Shown: in pieces, positions 54,439 to 63,609 of the stretch
Layout of the letters: every line of letters starts with the position of its first letter
How positions within the stretch are numbered: position 1 is the stretch's first letter
Translations under genes and position numbers: made by a program
Assembly (NCBI GenBank): GCA_964497565.1
Contig: CAZCCP010000006.1
Span: forward strand, 1,449 to 65,448
DNA length: 64,000 nucleotides
Source of the DNA: an uncultured Candidatus Saccharibacteria bacterium
GTDB lineage: Bacteria > Patescibacteriota > Saccharimonadia > Saccharimonadales > UBA4665
Reading direction: 5' to 3'
The notes under the pieces: model-generated
Seen by the model: the letters and a program-made list of their open reading frames with translations, nothing else
Database searches by the model: none
Told to the model about the DNA's origin: nothing

Positions 54439-54481
54439 TGATCGTTTGCTTGCCCACCCAAAAAGCAGGTATTATAGGGGC

Positions 54482-55135
54482 ATGACTACTGAACCAGAGA
54501 TTTCCCAAACCACAAAAACAGCATCCCGGCTTACGAGTAAGTTAGCGTTTCTGCTCTACGGCTTACTGCTAGGCGTTGTTGTTATTCTGGGCATCCGCTT
54601 CTTTACCTACAATCCGGCACATACGCACTACCACGCCAACTTCCAGGTTTACATCAATGGCAAACGCGAACTGTTCAAAGACTCAACCTATTACGAAGAC
54701 GTGGCCGCCTGCTCTGCCTACGACAACATTACGCCAGCCGAGCGCGCACATATGCATGATGAAGTTAACGACGTCATACACGTCCACGACCACGCCGTCA
54801 CATGGGGTCAGTTCTTCGAAAATATCGGCTGGTTTGTTGGTGATGATTTCGTAAAAACCAAAGATGGCACGCTGTACGTAGCCAACGGCAACGAAAAACT
54901 ACACATTATGTTAAACGGCCAAGATTACACAGACCTGACGCCTATCACCGATATGACTATTGGTGACCAGGACAAGCTACTCATAAGTTTTGGCGACCTT
55001 TCCGATTCGACTATCAAAACTGAGTACAACGGCATCAAAAATAATGCCAAGAAGAGCGATGAGACCAAAGATCCCGCCTCGTGTAGTGGCGATATCAAGC
55101 CTTCGACGACCGACCGCTTGAAGCATTTATTCTAG
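54482..55135 (+). CDS. Hypothetical single-TM protein with a His-rich extracytoplasmic domain
   Basis: ATG at 54482 (MTTEPEIS). TM LAFLLYGLLLGVVVILGI. HTHYHANF and HMHDEVNDVIHVHDH suggest metal binding. Confidence 0.7.
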   Translation: MTTEPEISQTTKTASRLTSKLAFLLYGLLLGVVVILGIRFFTYNPAHTHYHANFQVYINGKRELFKDSTYYEDVAACSAYDNITPAERAHMHDEVNDVIHVHDHAVTWGQFFENIGWFVGDDFVKTKDGTLYVANGNEKLHIMLNGQDYTDLTPITDMTIGDQDKLLISFGDLSDSTIKTEYNGIKNNAKKSDETKDPASCSGDIKPSTTDRLKHLF

Positions 55136-55585
55136 GTTAGGATCTCTCTTTTCTGTCTCTCGGACAGCTATCGTGCATGCTGCTGCCACCGCCAAAGATC
55201 CAGCTGCACCGTACGCAAAATCATAAACATCGCCCGTAGTGTCTTCCGCAAATATAGCCGAGAACTGTGGTTCGTGTGCCAAGGAAGTTTCGCTGACCAT
55301 GTTCATGCCCAACCCAACGCCCATCACCATTCCGCCAACAGCTACAGCTTTGCGGAGCGGTAGGTTGCGTGGTGACTTTGCGACATCAATAGCGAGCGAT
55401 GCCGCACTCGTAACTATGAGGCTATCGAAAAAATTATTGGCGTGAGCTACTACATCAAGTGGGCCTCCATCAGATATCCAGCCTTTGCTGCGTGCGTATT
55501 CAACACCGACAACGTTACCCAAAAAACCAATGACTGCAGCGGGCAGTGCGAAGCGAACCACCCTTAGTTTCTCTTTTATGCTCAT
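55127..55585 (-). CDS. Hypothetical membrane protein
   Basis: ORF track, 152 aa. Gly/Ala-rich TM segments. Convergent with the previous gene, overlapping it by 9 nt. Confidence 0.6.
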   Translation of the reverse strand: MSIKEKLRVVRFALPAAVIGFLGNVVGVEYARSKGWISDGGPLDVVAHANNFFDSLIVTSAASLAIDVAKSPRNLPLRKAVAVGGMVMGVGLGMNMVSETSLAHEPQFSAIFAEDTTGDVYDFAYGAAGSLAVAAACTIAVRETEKRDPNLE

Positions 55586-55657
55586 GCCCCACTTATAGCA
55601 GCTTGGCTTGACGCTCGCAAATTGTTACCATGAGGGCATTACTTTAAGGGGGATCTC

Positions 55658-55918
55658 ATGGAAAAATCGTTGCGACCAATTGTAGACCACATTAAAGAAA
55701 AAGCTCCCGCCTATGCGCTTGCCGTCGTTGTCGGTGTTGGCTCCCTAGCCCTTATGGGCGAAGGTGATGGCCAAAACCCAGGCAAAGTGACTCATGGCGA
55801 CACTCCCGCTGTAGGCATACCGGTCCCGACCCCTGAGCCAATTGCGCCTCAAGAAATGAGCTTTGGCGAGTTTCGTGACCAGCAAATGCAACAACACGAA
55901 CTACTAGAGGATCGTTAG
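55658..55918 (+). CDS. Small hypothetical single-TM protein
   Basis: RBS AAGGGGGA. TM YALAVVVGVGSLALM. 86 aa. Confidence 0.6.
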   Translation: MEKSLRPIVDHIKEKAPAYALAVVVGVGSLALMGEGDGQNPGKVTHGDTPAVGIPVPTPEPIAPQEMSFGEFRDQQMQQHELLEDR

Positions 55919-55943
55919 CTCAACCTGTGCTAACATAAGAGGT

Positions 55944-56711
55944 ATGCGACCAATCTGGACAGGATCAATTAGTTTCGGGCTCGTAAACATCCCCGTTAAG
56001 ATGTTTAGCGGCGTTCACCCACATGAAGGCCTCGATCTGGATATGCTCCACAAAGAAGACCACGCACCAATCCGTTATGCGCGCATTTGCCGCAAAGATG
56101 GCAAAGAAATTGCATGGGACGACATCGTTAAGGGCTACGAGTACCAGGACGGCGACTATGCCGTGCTTACCGAGGCCGATTTTGACAAAGCAAACCCCAA
56201 GAAAACCCAAACTGTTGATATCCACCAGTTTGTCGATGACAGCGAAATCGACATTCGCTACCTCGAAAAGCCCTATTATCTCGAACCTATTAAGGGTGGC
56301 GAGAAAGCCTACGCACTCTTACGTGCTGCGCTCCAGAAGTCCAACAAGCTAGCACTCGCTCGCTTTGTCATTCACCAGAAGGAACACCTGGGCGTCATTA
56401 AGCCTGTTGGTCGGGCATTAGTGCTCAACCAAATGCGCTTTCCGACTGACCTTCGTGAGCCTACTTCATTAAAATTCCCGACCGATAGTGACCTTACCGA
56501 AAAAGAAATTGAAGTCGCCATGAAGCTCATCAAGCAAGAGACAAAGCACTTTATCCCTGAAGATTTCCATGATACCTATACCGAGGAACTTGAGGAAATT
56601 ATCAAGGCAAAGACTAAGGGCAAAAAACCAGCCCATCACGATAAGGCACCCAAAGACACACCAGCCAGCGACCTCATGGAAGCGCTAAAGGCTAGTCTAA
56701 ACCAGTCATAA
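55944..56711 (+). CDS. ku: Ku protein (non-homologous end joining)
   Basis: MRPIWTGSISFGLVNIPVKMF is the canonical bacterial Ku N-terminus. Basic C-terminal tail. Confidence 0.92.
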   Translation: MRPIWTGSISFGLVNIPVKMFSGVHPHEGLDLDMLHKEDHAPIRYARICRKDGKEIAWDDIVKGYEYQDGDYAVLTEADFDKANPKKTQTVDIHQFVDDSEIDIRYLEKPYYLEPIKGGEKAYALLRAALQKSNKLALARFVIHQKEHLGVIKPVGRALVLNQMRFPTDLREPTSLKFPTDSDLTEKEIEVAMKLIKQETKHFIPEDFHDTYTEELEEIIKAKTKGKKPAHHDKAPKDTPASDLMEALKASLNQS

Positions 56712-56715
56712 CGCT

Positions 56716-59226
56716 ATGGGACTTGGCAAGTATTTCTCGAAACGACGCTTCGATAAAACGCCTGAACCAAAAGGTTCCGTTCGTAACCAGCACGGTAAAC
56801 AACTCGCCTTCGTAATTCAGGAACATCATGCCTCCAGTTTGCATTATGATTTTCGGCTTGAACTCGATGGCGTACTCAAGAGCTGGGCCGTTCCTAAAGG
56901 CCCGAGTATGGACCCACATGTACGACATCTGGCCGTGCCTGTCGAAGATCACCCATACGAATATCGGAAGTTCGAGGGTGTTATTCCCGAGGGCCAGTAC
57001 GGAGCCGGGAATGTTATTATCTGGGACCAAGGTACATACGAGCCACGGGCCGAAACAGACAACCCCGAAGCGACGTTGCGCAAGGAGCTTGAGGCCGGGC
57101 ATCTGACGTTTATACTGCATGGCACAAAGCTCCATGGAGAATTCGCACTGATAAAAATGCATGGTCAAGACGAAGACGCATGGCTGCTTGTCAAAAAAAC
57201 CGACGACTACGCTTCGGGCAAAGACATCACGCAAGAAACAGCGTCTGTTGTTAGTGGCAAAGCGGTCGATGATCTTGGTGCCCACAATAAGCTGCCAGAC
57301 CTCTCGAGTTACCCCAAAGAGAAGCAGCCCTGGCACGTAAGACCTATGCTCTGCACACTCGTCGAAGAACCGTTCGACCGCGATAACTGGCTGTTTGAAA
57401 TCAAGTGGGACGGCTACCGAGCAATCGCGAGCAAACACGGCGCTGCGCGCACGCTCTACTCGCGCAATAGTCTCGACTTTAGCGAAAAATTTGCACCAGT
57501 TTACGAAGCACTCAACGGCCTCGATCACGATGTCATCCTCGATGGCGAAGTTGTTGTTGTCGATCAAGAAGGTTCACCGCACTTTGAGTGGCTCCAGAGT
57601 TGGCGCAAAGCACCGCAAGGCTCACTCCACTACTATGTCTTTGATATTTTGTGGTGCGATGGACGCGACGTGCGCACAATGCCGCTCGTTAAGCGCAAGG
57701 CATTGCTCAAGGCTGTATTGCCCCAAAACTCACTACTTCGTTACAGCGATCATATTGAGACCAAAGGCGCAGCACTCTTTCATCAGATGCAAGAACGAGG
57801 GCTTGAAGGGATTGTCGCCAAACGGGCCGACAGCGAATATCGCGAGGCAAATCGTGGTGACGATTGGCTCAAGATCAAAACGCACCTGCGGCAAGAAGTC
57901 GTTATCGGTGGCTTTACCGAACCGCGAGGTAGTCGCGACTATTTGGGCGCCCTCATTGTGGGTGTCTACGACAAGGGCGAGCTTCGGTATGTTGGCCACT
58001 CAGGTGGTGGTATTCCCGACAATCAGCGCAAGCTGCTCCGTGCCAAGCTCGACAAACTGGAGCGCAAAACTTCGCCGTTCTCAACCGAGCCAAAACCCAA
58101 CGCGCCTGTTCACTGGGTGAGGCCAGAGCTGGTGTGCGAAATGAACTTTGCTGAATGGACAAGCGACGGCTCGATGCGCCAACCGAAGTTCGTCGGTATG
58201 CGTGAAGACAAGAAGCCCGTTAACGTGAAGCGAGAGAGATCACGCGCGACCCCTTTGGATAAAAGTGGGTCAAGCGTAGTGCAGCCGGGCTCGCCAAAAG
58301 ACGATCCGCGCGAAACGCACACTTTTAAGCAAAGGGAGAAGAAAGTGATTGAGCAAGAGTTTACACATCTGGACAAGGTGTTCTTCCCGAAACACAAGTA
58401 CACAAAAGGTGACCTGATCCACTACTACGAAAGCGTGGGCGACTTTATGCTTCCGTATCTCAAAGATCGCCCTCACTCGCTCTTGCGGCAGCCAGGTGGC
58501 GTTACCGACCATGGATTCTTCCAGAAGAATATGGAGCATTTGCCAGATTGGGTCCCAGCAACTGATATTTATTCTGAGTCAAATAACGGCAATCTCCACT
58601 GGATTGTCGGTGGCTCAATCGAAACGCTTACCTACATGGTGCAACTTGGCTGTATTGAGATAAATCCGTGGAATTCGCGCATCCAGAACCTCGACAAACC
58701 AGATTGGCTCGTTATCGATCTGGACCCTGAGGGTGTAACGTTCGAGGACGTCATTACTGTAGCCAAAGCCACCCATGAAGTCTGTGACGAACTGCACATT
58801 GACGCCTTCCCTAAGACCTCTGGCAAAACTGGTATTCACGTCTATATTCCGCTCCATGCAAACTACAACTATGAACAAGCCAAAAATCTGGCACACTTAC
58901 TCGCAATTGAGATTAATAAGCGGGTTCCAAAGCTCACGAGTTTAGAGCGCATGCCCGTGAAGCGGCAACATCGTATTTACCTTGATTATTTACAAAACCG
59001 CGAAGGCCAGACACTCGCCGCACCATATTCAGTCCGCCCGACACCAGATGCAAATGTCGCCACCCCGCTCCACTGGGACGAAGTAAAGAAAGGCTTGAAG
59101 CCAGAGAATTTCACCATCGCAAACATCCATAAACGACTGGCACGCACGGGTGATCTCTGGAAACCAGTTTTGGGCAAGGGTGTCGATATTGGTCGCATTA
59201 TCGAGGAGCTCGAGAAGCGCGCCTAG
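56716..59226 (+). CDS. ligD: Multidomain ATP-dependent DNA ligase LigD (phosphoesterase, ligase, polymerase/primase)
   Basis: N-terminal PE domain (FVIQEHHASSLHYDFRLE), ligase motif I (EIKWDGYR) and C-terminal Pol domain (...KTSGKTGIHVYIPL). 836 aa, immediately downstream of ku. Confidence 0.92.
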   Translation: MGLGKYFSKRRFDKTPEPKGSVRNQHGKQLAFVIQEHHASSLHYDFRLELDGVLKSWAVPKGPSMDPHVRHLAVPVEDHPYEYRKFEGVIPEGQYGAGNVIIWDQGTYEPRAETDNPEATLRKELEAGHLTFILHGTKLHGEFALIKMHGQDEDAWLLVKKTDDYASGKDITQETASVVSGKAVDDLGAHNKLPDLSSYPKEKQPWHVRPMLCTLVEEPFDRDNWLFEIKWDGYRAIASKHGAARTLYSRNSLDFSEKFAPVYEALNGLDHDVILDGEVVVVDQEGSPHFEWLQSWRKAPQGSLHYYVFDILWCDGRDVRTMPLVKRKALLKAVLPQNSLLRYSDHIETKGAALFHQMQERGLEGIVAKRADSEYREANRGDDWLKIKTHLRQEVVIGGFTEPRGSRDYLGALIVGVYDKGELRYVGHSGGGIPDNQRKLLRAKLDKLERKTSPFSTEPKPNAPVHWVRPELVCEMNFAEWTSDGSMRQPKFVGMREDKKPVNVKRERSRATPLDKSGSSVVQPGSPKDDPRETHTFKQREKKVIEQEFTHLDKVFFPKHKYTKGDLIHYYESVGDFMLPYLKDRPHSLLRQPGGVTDHGFFQKNMEHLPDWVPATDIYSESNNGNLHWIVGGSIETLTYMVQLGCIEINPWNSRIQNLDKPDWLVIDLDPEGVTFEDVITVAKATHEVCDELHIDAFPKTSGKTGIHVYIPLHANYNYEQAKNLAHLLAIEINKRVPKLTSLERMPVKRQHRIYLDYLQNREGQTLAAPYSVRPTPDANVATPLHWDEVKKGLKPENFTIANIHKRLARTGDLWKPVLGKGVDIGRIIEELEKRA

Positions 59227-59253
59227 ACGCTTATGCTATAGTTGAGAGTACGC

Positions 59254-59706
59254 ATGCAACTACAAACAATCGATCTCAAACTGATCAGCTGGCTCCGAAA
59301 GGCCTTTGTGCCGATGGCTCGCGTTGCAGTATTTATTGTCTACTTTTATTTTGGTATTCTGAAGCTTCTCGATTTGAGCCCAGCAAGCCCGCTCGCGGCA
59401 TCGCTTACAGCCAAAACAATTGGTGCCGAGCATTTTCACGCAGCCTTTATACTTTTGGCAGTGTTTGAGTGCCTGATCGGCCTGCTCTTCTTGTTCCCAC
59501 GCGCAACGCGTGTCGTCATACCGCTGCTGCTCGTCCACATGGCTATAGTTTGTGCACCACTTGTACTCATCCCAGATCAAGTCTGGTCTCGTATGTTTGT
59601 GCCGAACCTTGAAGGTCAATACATAATCAAAAACGTTGTAATTATCGCAGTAGCCATTGGCATCGCCTCACAAACGCCACCGCTTGCCAAGCCTACACAT
59701 CGCTAA
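59254..59706 (+). CDS. Hypothetical 4-TM membrane protein
   Basis: The first ATG of track ORF 59242..59706 is at 59254. Four hydrophobic helices. Confidence 0.6.
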   Translation: MQLQTIDLKLISWLRKAFVPMARVAVFIVYFYFGILKLLDLSPASPLAASLTAKTIGAEHFHAAFILLAVFECLIGLLFLFPRATRVVIPLLLVHMAIVCAPLVLIPDQVWSRMFVPNLEGQYIIKNVVIIAVAIGIASQTPPLAKPTHR

Positions 59707-59851
59707 CACCTCTCGTTCGCTAAGTGTGCCGATTATATAACCGCGTCCCCGTTATATTCTTACGTCCCTCATGTAAGCTATTTCCTAGTTGTACTTCTAC
59801 CCGAGCCCTATACTACTAAATGCAAACTAACTGACTAAGGAGGGATGCGAT

Positions 59852-60070
59852 ATGGCAACTGGACAAGGACGAGGCTGGCATGGTGACTCAGCAGGTCATG
59901 CAGCTGCAGGTAGAATTGGCGGCCAGAAAAGCGGTGGAAATTTTGCTCGCGACCGCGTTAAGGCCAGTCGGGCCGGCAGCAATAGCGGTGGAAATTTTGC
60001 TCGCGACCGTAAGAAAGCAAGCACTGCTGGAAGAGTTGGCGGACAACGCTCAAGTCGCGTCACAGCCTAA
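59852..60070 (+). CDS. Small Gly/Arg-rich stress-protein-like repeat protein (KGG/GsiB-like)
   Basis: Strong RBS AAGGAGGGA. The peptide repeat SGGNFARDR(V/K)KAS is encoded by a 25-26-nt perfect direct DNA repeat (59931-59955 and 59985-60009). Confidence 0.7.
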   Translation: MATGQGRGWHGDSAGHAAAGRIGGQKSGGNFARDRVKASRAGSNSGGNFARDRKKASTAGRVGGQRSSRVTA

Positions 60071-60095
60071 TAGTAAACGAGCAACGTATACCTAT

Positions 60096-60125
60096 AAAAG
60101 AGACCGGATTATCCGGTCTCTTTTA
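60096..60125. terminator. Bidirectional terminator
   Basis: AAAAGAGACCGGA, loop TTA, TCCGGTCTCTTTT. Confidence 0.75.
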
Positions 60126-60141
60126 TGTAGTAGCCCCATAG

Positions 60142-61647
60142 CTAGCGAATACTGCTACGAGCGTCTAGTTCGGCGAATTCGTCATTGTCATGATTGGACA
60201 TGATCGTTAGATACACCGATGCCAAGCCCGATACGACCATCAAGATACATGGCAGCGGGCTTCTGTCGAGCGTCATTGTTGCCGCCAGCAGCACGAGTAC
60301 AAACGTGATCTCGTGCAAGTTGGCACGCACTGCAGCGCCCCACTGTATGTGCTGCCCTGTCTTGGGCGTTACGATAAATGTAGAGCTACCAAACAGCGAC
60401 TTTGCACTTGCCCGAAGGCTTGTGTAAAACATTGAGCCATATAGCAGCGATGTCTGGAAAAGATATACCATAAGTGAATGGAACCGGCGCTTGCGGACGT
60501 AGTAGAAGAAGTCATTAAGCATCGGCGCCAGCAAGAAGAGCGCTGTCGGAACAACCATCCACATAGGATAAATGATCGAGTAGTCCAACATCGGCAACGC
60601 CACCACATTGATAATGAGATAGAACGAGAAGAAAACGGTTAATGGTAGGCTGTATGTAAACAATATGATGTCTAGTTTTTCGTACCATTTCATCGGTGAA
60701 GTAATGATAACACCGGTGAACTTTTTGATAAATTCCATGTTGCCCTGCGTCCACTTGGAATGTCGCTTCTTGAACGCCAAATAGTCCACGGGGTATTCTT
60801 CTTCACACATAATATCTGGCGCAAACACCACCAGGTAGCCGCAGTTGCGTGCTTTGATGCTCAAGCACAGATCCTCGGCAACCATGTGCGGAAAGCCACC
60901 AGCGGCCGTGTAGCACTCCTTGCTGACCATTGCACCGTGCCCTAGAAGTGACAAGAACCCATGATGGTCCTTAACAGCCTGGTATGTCCCCCAATGCGAA
61001 TCGACGCCGATAGCATAGGTACGCATGAACTTGTTACGATTACGCGTTGCTATGTGATTTGCCTGGACAATGCCGGCGTTGTCGTACGCTGCAAAATAAT
61101 CGAGTGCACGAGTGATAAAGTCCGCTGGGATAATTTCATCACTGTCCAAAATGACAAAGTAGTCGAACAAGCCTTTGCTCAAGAAATGGTTCAAGTTGCC
61201 AGCCTTGAAGCCTTCGTGTGTCTGGCGACGGATGATCGGCACGCCATGACGCGCCGAAAAGTCATTCACCTTTTTGATGTACTCGGGCTTCTGCGAATCG
61301 TCCAAAATAACGGTATAGCAGTTCTCGTAATCCTGCTGCATGCTCTTGAGCAAACTTGTTCCATCAAAGTCATTGCAGGTGCAGTACACCATAACCACGC
61401 GGGGCTGGTTATCAACCGAGCCAATACCGCGAGTTGGGGTTTTTAATAATTCTTTTTTGTGTCGGTAAAAATAAAATGTATAGACGAGGTCTTTGAGACC
61501 GTTAAGCCAAAAATATCCGACGAATGCCGTACTTACTACTACCAAGCCCGCGATGAGCGGGCCGGCACGGAAAGCTTCATCTATTTGCTTCATGAATGGC
61601 AAGAACGCCACCGCCAAAAGAGCAAACCAGCACAATAGAATCTGCAC
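60142..61647 (-). CDS. Family-2 glycosyltransferase, processive membrane-embedded type (cellulose-synthase/OpgH-like)
   Basis: D, DxD and D motifs (YCTCNDFD, ILDDS, ILDSDE) and a Q/RxxRW-like KRHSKWTQG. TM helices at both ends. GTG start. Confidence 0.85.
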   Translation of the reverse strand: MQILLCWFALLAVAFLPFMKQIDEAFRAGPLIAGLVVVSTAFVGYFWLNGLKDLVYTFYFYRHKKELLKTPTRGIGSVDNQPRVVMVYCTCNDFDGTSLLKSMQQDYENCYTVILDDSQKPEYIKKVNDFSARHGVPIIRRQTHEGFKAGNLNHFLSKGLFDYFVILDSDEIIPADFITRALDYFAAYDNAGIVQANHIATRNRNKFMRTYAIGVDSHWGTYQAVKDHHGFLSLLGHGAMVSKECYTAAGGFPHMVAEDLCLSIKARNCGYLVVFAPDIMCEEEYPVDYLAFKKRHSKWTQGNMEFIKKFTGVIITSPMKWYEKLDIILFTYSLPLTVFFSFYLIINVVALPMLDYSIIYPMWMVVPTALFLLAPMLNDFFYYVRKRRFHSLMVYLFQTSLLYGSMFYTSLRASAKSLFGSSTFIVTPKTGQHIQWGAAVRANLHEITFVLVLLAATMTLDRSPLPCILMVVSGLASVYLTIMSNHDNDEFAELDARSSIR

Positions 61648-61854
61648 ATAAAGCTTTCCGCTCTTACTCTTTGTGACACTAATAGGCGATCCTCCTTATG
61701 AATAACATGTTTCATGTTTGTCCAAGGTGGTTGTGCATGTCAAATTACGCAGCATATGCGTAGGACCAAAGTTTCAGCTAAAAATCTCACATGCGCATAA
61801 CAGGGAGGCTGTTGTAGAAATAATTATCTCTATTTTGTTGTGGAATTACCTACA

Positions 61855-63120
61855 TTAAGCGCCATTTTGAGCAAGAGCGAGTGGGCGAACGTGGTTGAGC
61901 AAATACAGCGATCCGGCTACTACGACGACGGGTTCTGGAGCTTCTAGGAGCGCCTTGAATGCTTGAGCTGGCTGCACTTCGGCAATGATCCGTGTCAATC
62001 CCAAATGCTTACCCTTCTGAATGATGTCACCGACTGGTACGCTCACGTGTGGCGCATCCTCGGGGCCACCGAACTGCGTTGCGATCAATGTAGTAGCAGC
62101 TTTGCCGCATAGGCTCAGACAGTCATCGAGGCGAGCATCCGCACCGGCACTCTCGATAAAACCAAGCAACATTGCGATTGGCTGTCCAGGGTACATGGCC
62201 TGCACGCTCTGCAGCAGTGCGTTCATTTTCTGGCCATTGTGCGCGCCATCCAAGATAACATGCTTGCCGCCGATCATCACTGTCTCCATACGACCCGGAA
62301 TAAGAATTTTGGATGCCGACTGTACCATATCGTCAGTTAGTTTCCGGCCATCCTTTTCACATACATAGGCAACTGCTTGGCGCGCCAAGCTAAAGTTCCG
62401 CCTCTGGAAGAGCGGCAGATCAAGCTTGAGTATATCGTCCTCGGAATATATGTGCACCTCCGCCTGCTTGAGTCGTGATCGATCGTGAATTGCACCCAAT
62501 ACAGCACTGCCCTGGTCGTAGGTAAAGGCCACGTTGTGGCTCTGAATAATGCCGGCCTTTTGTGCAGCGATTTCGGGTATCGTATGGCCCAGAATGTGCA
62601 TATGATCAAAACCAATGTCCGTAATAATGCACACTTTGTCTGGAGCAGTTAAGACGTTTGTCGTATCGAGCAAGCCGCCAACGCCCACTTCAACCACAGC
62701 GTGTGACGCGCCTAAGCGGGCAAATTCCCAGAGCGCAAAACCAAACATAATCTCAAAATACATCGGTCGCAAACCGCTGTCGACAATCAGCTGGAGAAAT
62801 TCTTCGAAGTCTCGTGCAAACGTCTCTTCAGCCAAAGGTTGACCGTCAATCTGTACGCGATCATTCATCTCAATAGTGTGAGGCGATATCGTCAGGCCCA
62901 CCCGGTAGCCTGCCCGCTTCAATAATGCAGCAGTGTAGTACGCCGTCGACGTTTTGCCTGACGTTCCGGCCACGTGAATAATCTTGAGTGATTCCTGGGG
63001 GCTGCCAAGGACGGCAAGGAGCTGGTGCATGCGCTCAATACTCTCTCCGGGCAGCATACTGCCTGACGGAAAATATGTGTCGAGCTTAGCTCGTACATCA
63101 CTGAACGTACTCATTGTCAT
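61855..63120 (-). CDS. folC: Folylpolyglutamate synthase/dihydrofolate synthase (Mur-ligase family)
   Basis: HVAGTSGKTSTAYY P-loop, VVEVGVGGLLDTTNV and DGAHNGQ. Confidence 0.88.
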   Translation of the reverse strand: MTMSTFSDVRAKLDTYFPSGSMLPGESIERMHQLLAVLGSPQESLKIIHVAGTSGKTSTAYYTAALLKRAGYRVGLTISPHTIEMNDRVQIDGQPLAEETFARDFEEFLQLIVDSGLRPMYFEIMFGFALWEFARLGASHAVVEVGVGGLLDTTNVLTAPDKVCIITDIGFDHMHILGHTIPEIAAQKAGIIQSHNVAFTYDQGSAVLGAIHDRSRLKQAEVHIYSEDDILKLDLPLFQRRNFSLARQAVAYVCEKDGRKLTDDMVQSASKILIPGRMETVMIGGKHVILDGAHNGQKMNALLQSVQAMYPGQPIAMLLGFIESAGADARLDDCLSLCGKAATTLIATQFGGPEDAPHVSVPVGDIIQKGKHLGLTRIIAEVQPAQAFKALLEAPEPVVVVAGSLYLLNHVRPLALAQNGA

Positions 63121-63234
63121 GCACGTATTGTATCGGATTTATGCGAGGTAACATACTCATTGAGGCCGCGTTCTCCGGCAGCCATCAAAAACCATATCCA
63201 GCAAAGATGTGCAGATTTGTGATACAATCCGCTC

Positions 63235-63609
63235 ATGCACCATTCAAAATCTGACATATTTTGGAAATGCTGGCTCTGGGCAGCAATCTTCGGTAGTGTC
63301 CTTGCGGGATTCTACGCATTCGTTTCCAATATTGGACCTCGCTGGATCAACGGCGGCGATTTCTTCGCTATTATGATTGTTTTCGGAATTGTTGGCTCGT
63401 ACTTTGGCGCTGGCCTCGTGGGTTGGCGCATTGCTGACAAATATTTCCACGCATATGAAAAAATCTTCATCAAGCGCTACATACGCTACTGTCTTATTAC
63501 ACTCGCCGTGCTCATCGCGATTAGTTATTCGCCACTGTCTATTCTTGGTCTGCTGTGGAGCTTTGCTGCACCGTTCTGCGTCTTGCAGGCGCTCAAAGAA
63601 AAGCTCTAG
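63235..63609 (+). CDS. Hypothetical 4-TM membrane protein
   Basis: ORF track, 124 aa. Four hydrophobic helices. Confidence 0.6.
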   Translation: MHHSKSDIFWKCWLWAAIFGSVLAGFYAFVSNIGPRWINGGDFFAIMIVFGIVGSYFGAGLVGWRIADKYFHAYEKIFIKRYIRYCLITLAVLIAISYSPLSILGLLWSFAAPFCVLQALKEKL

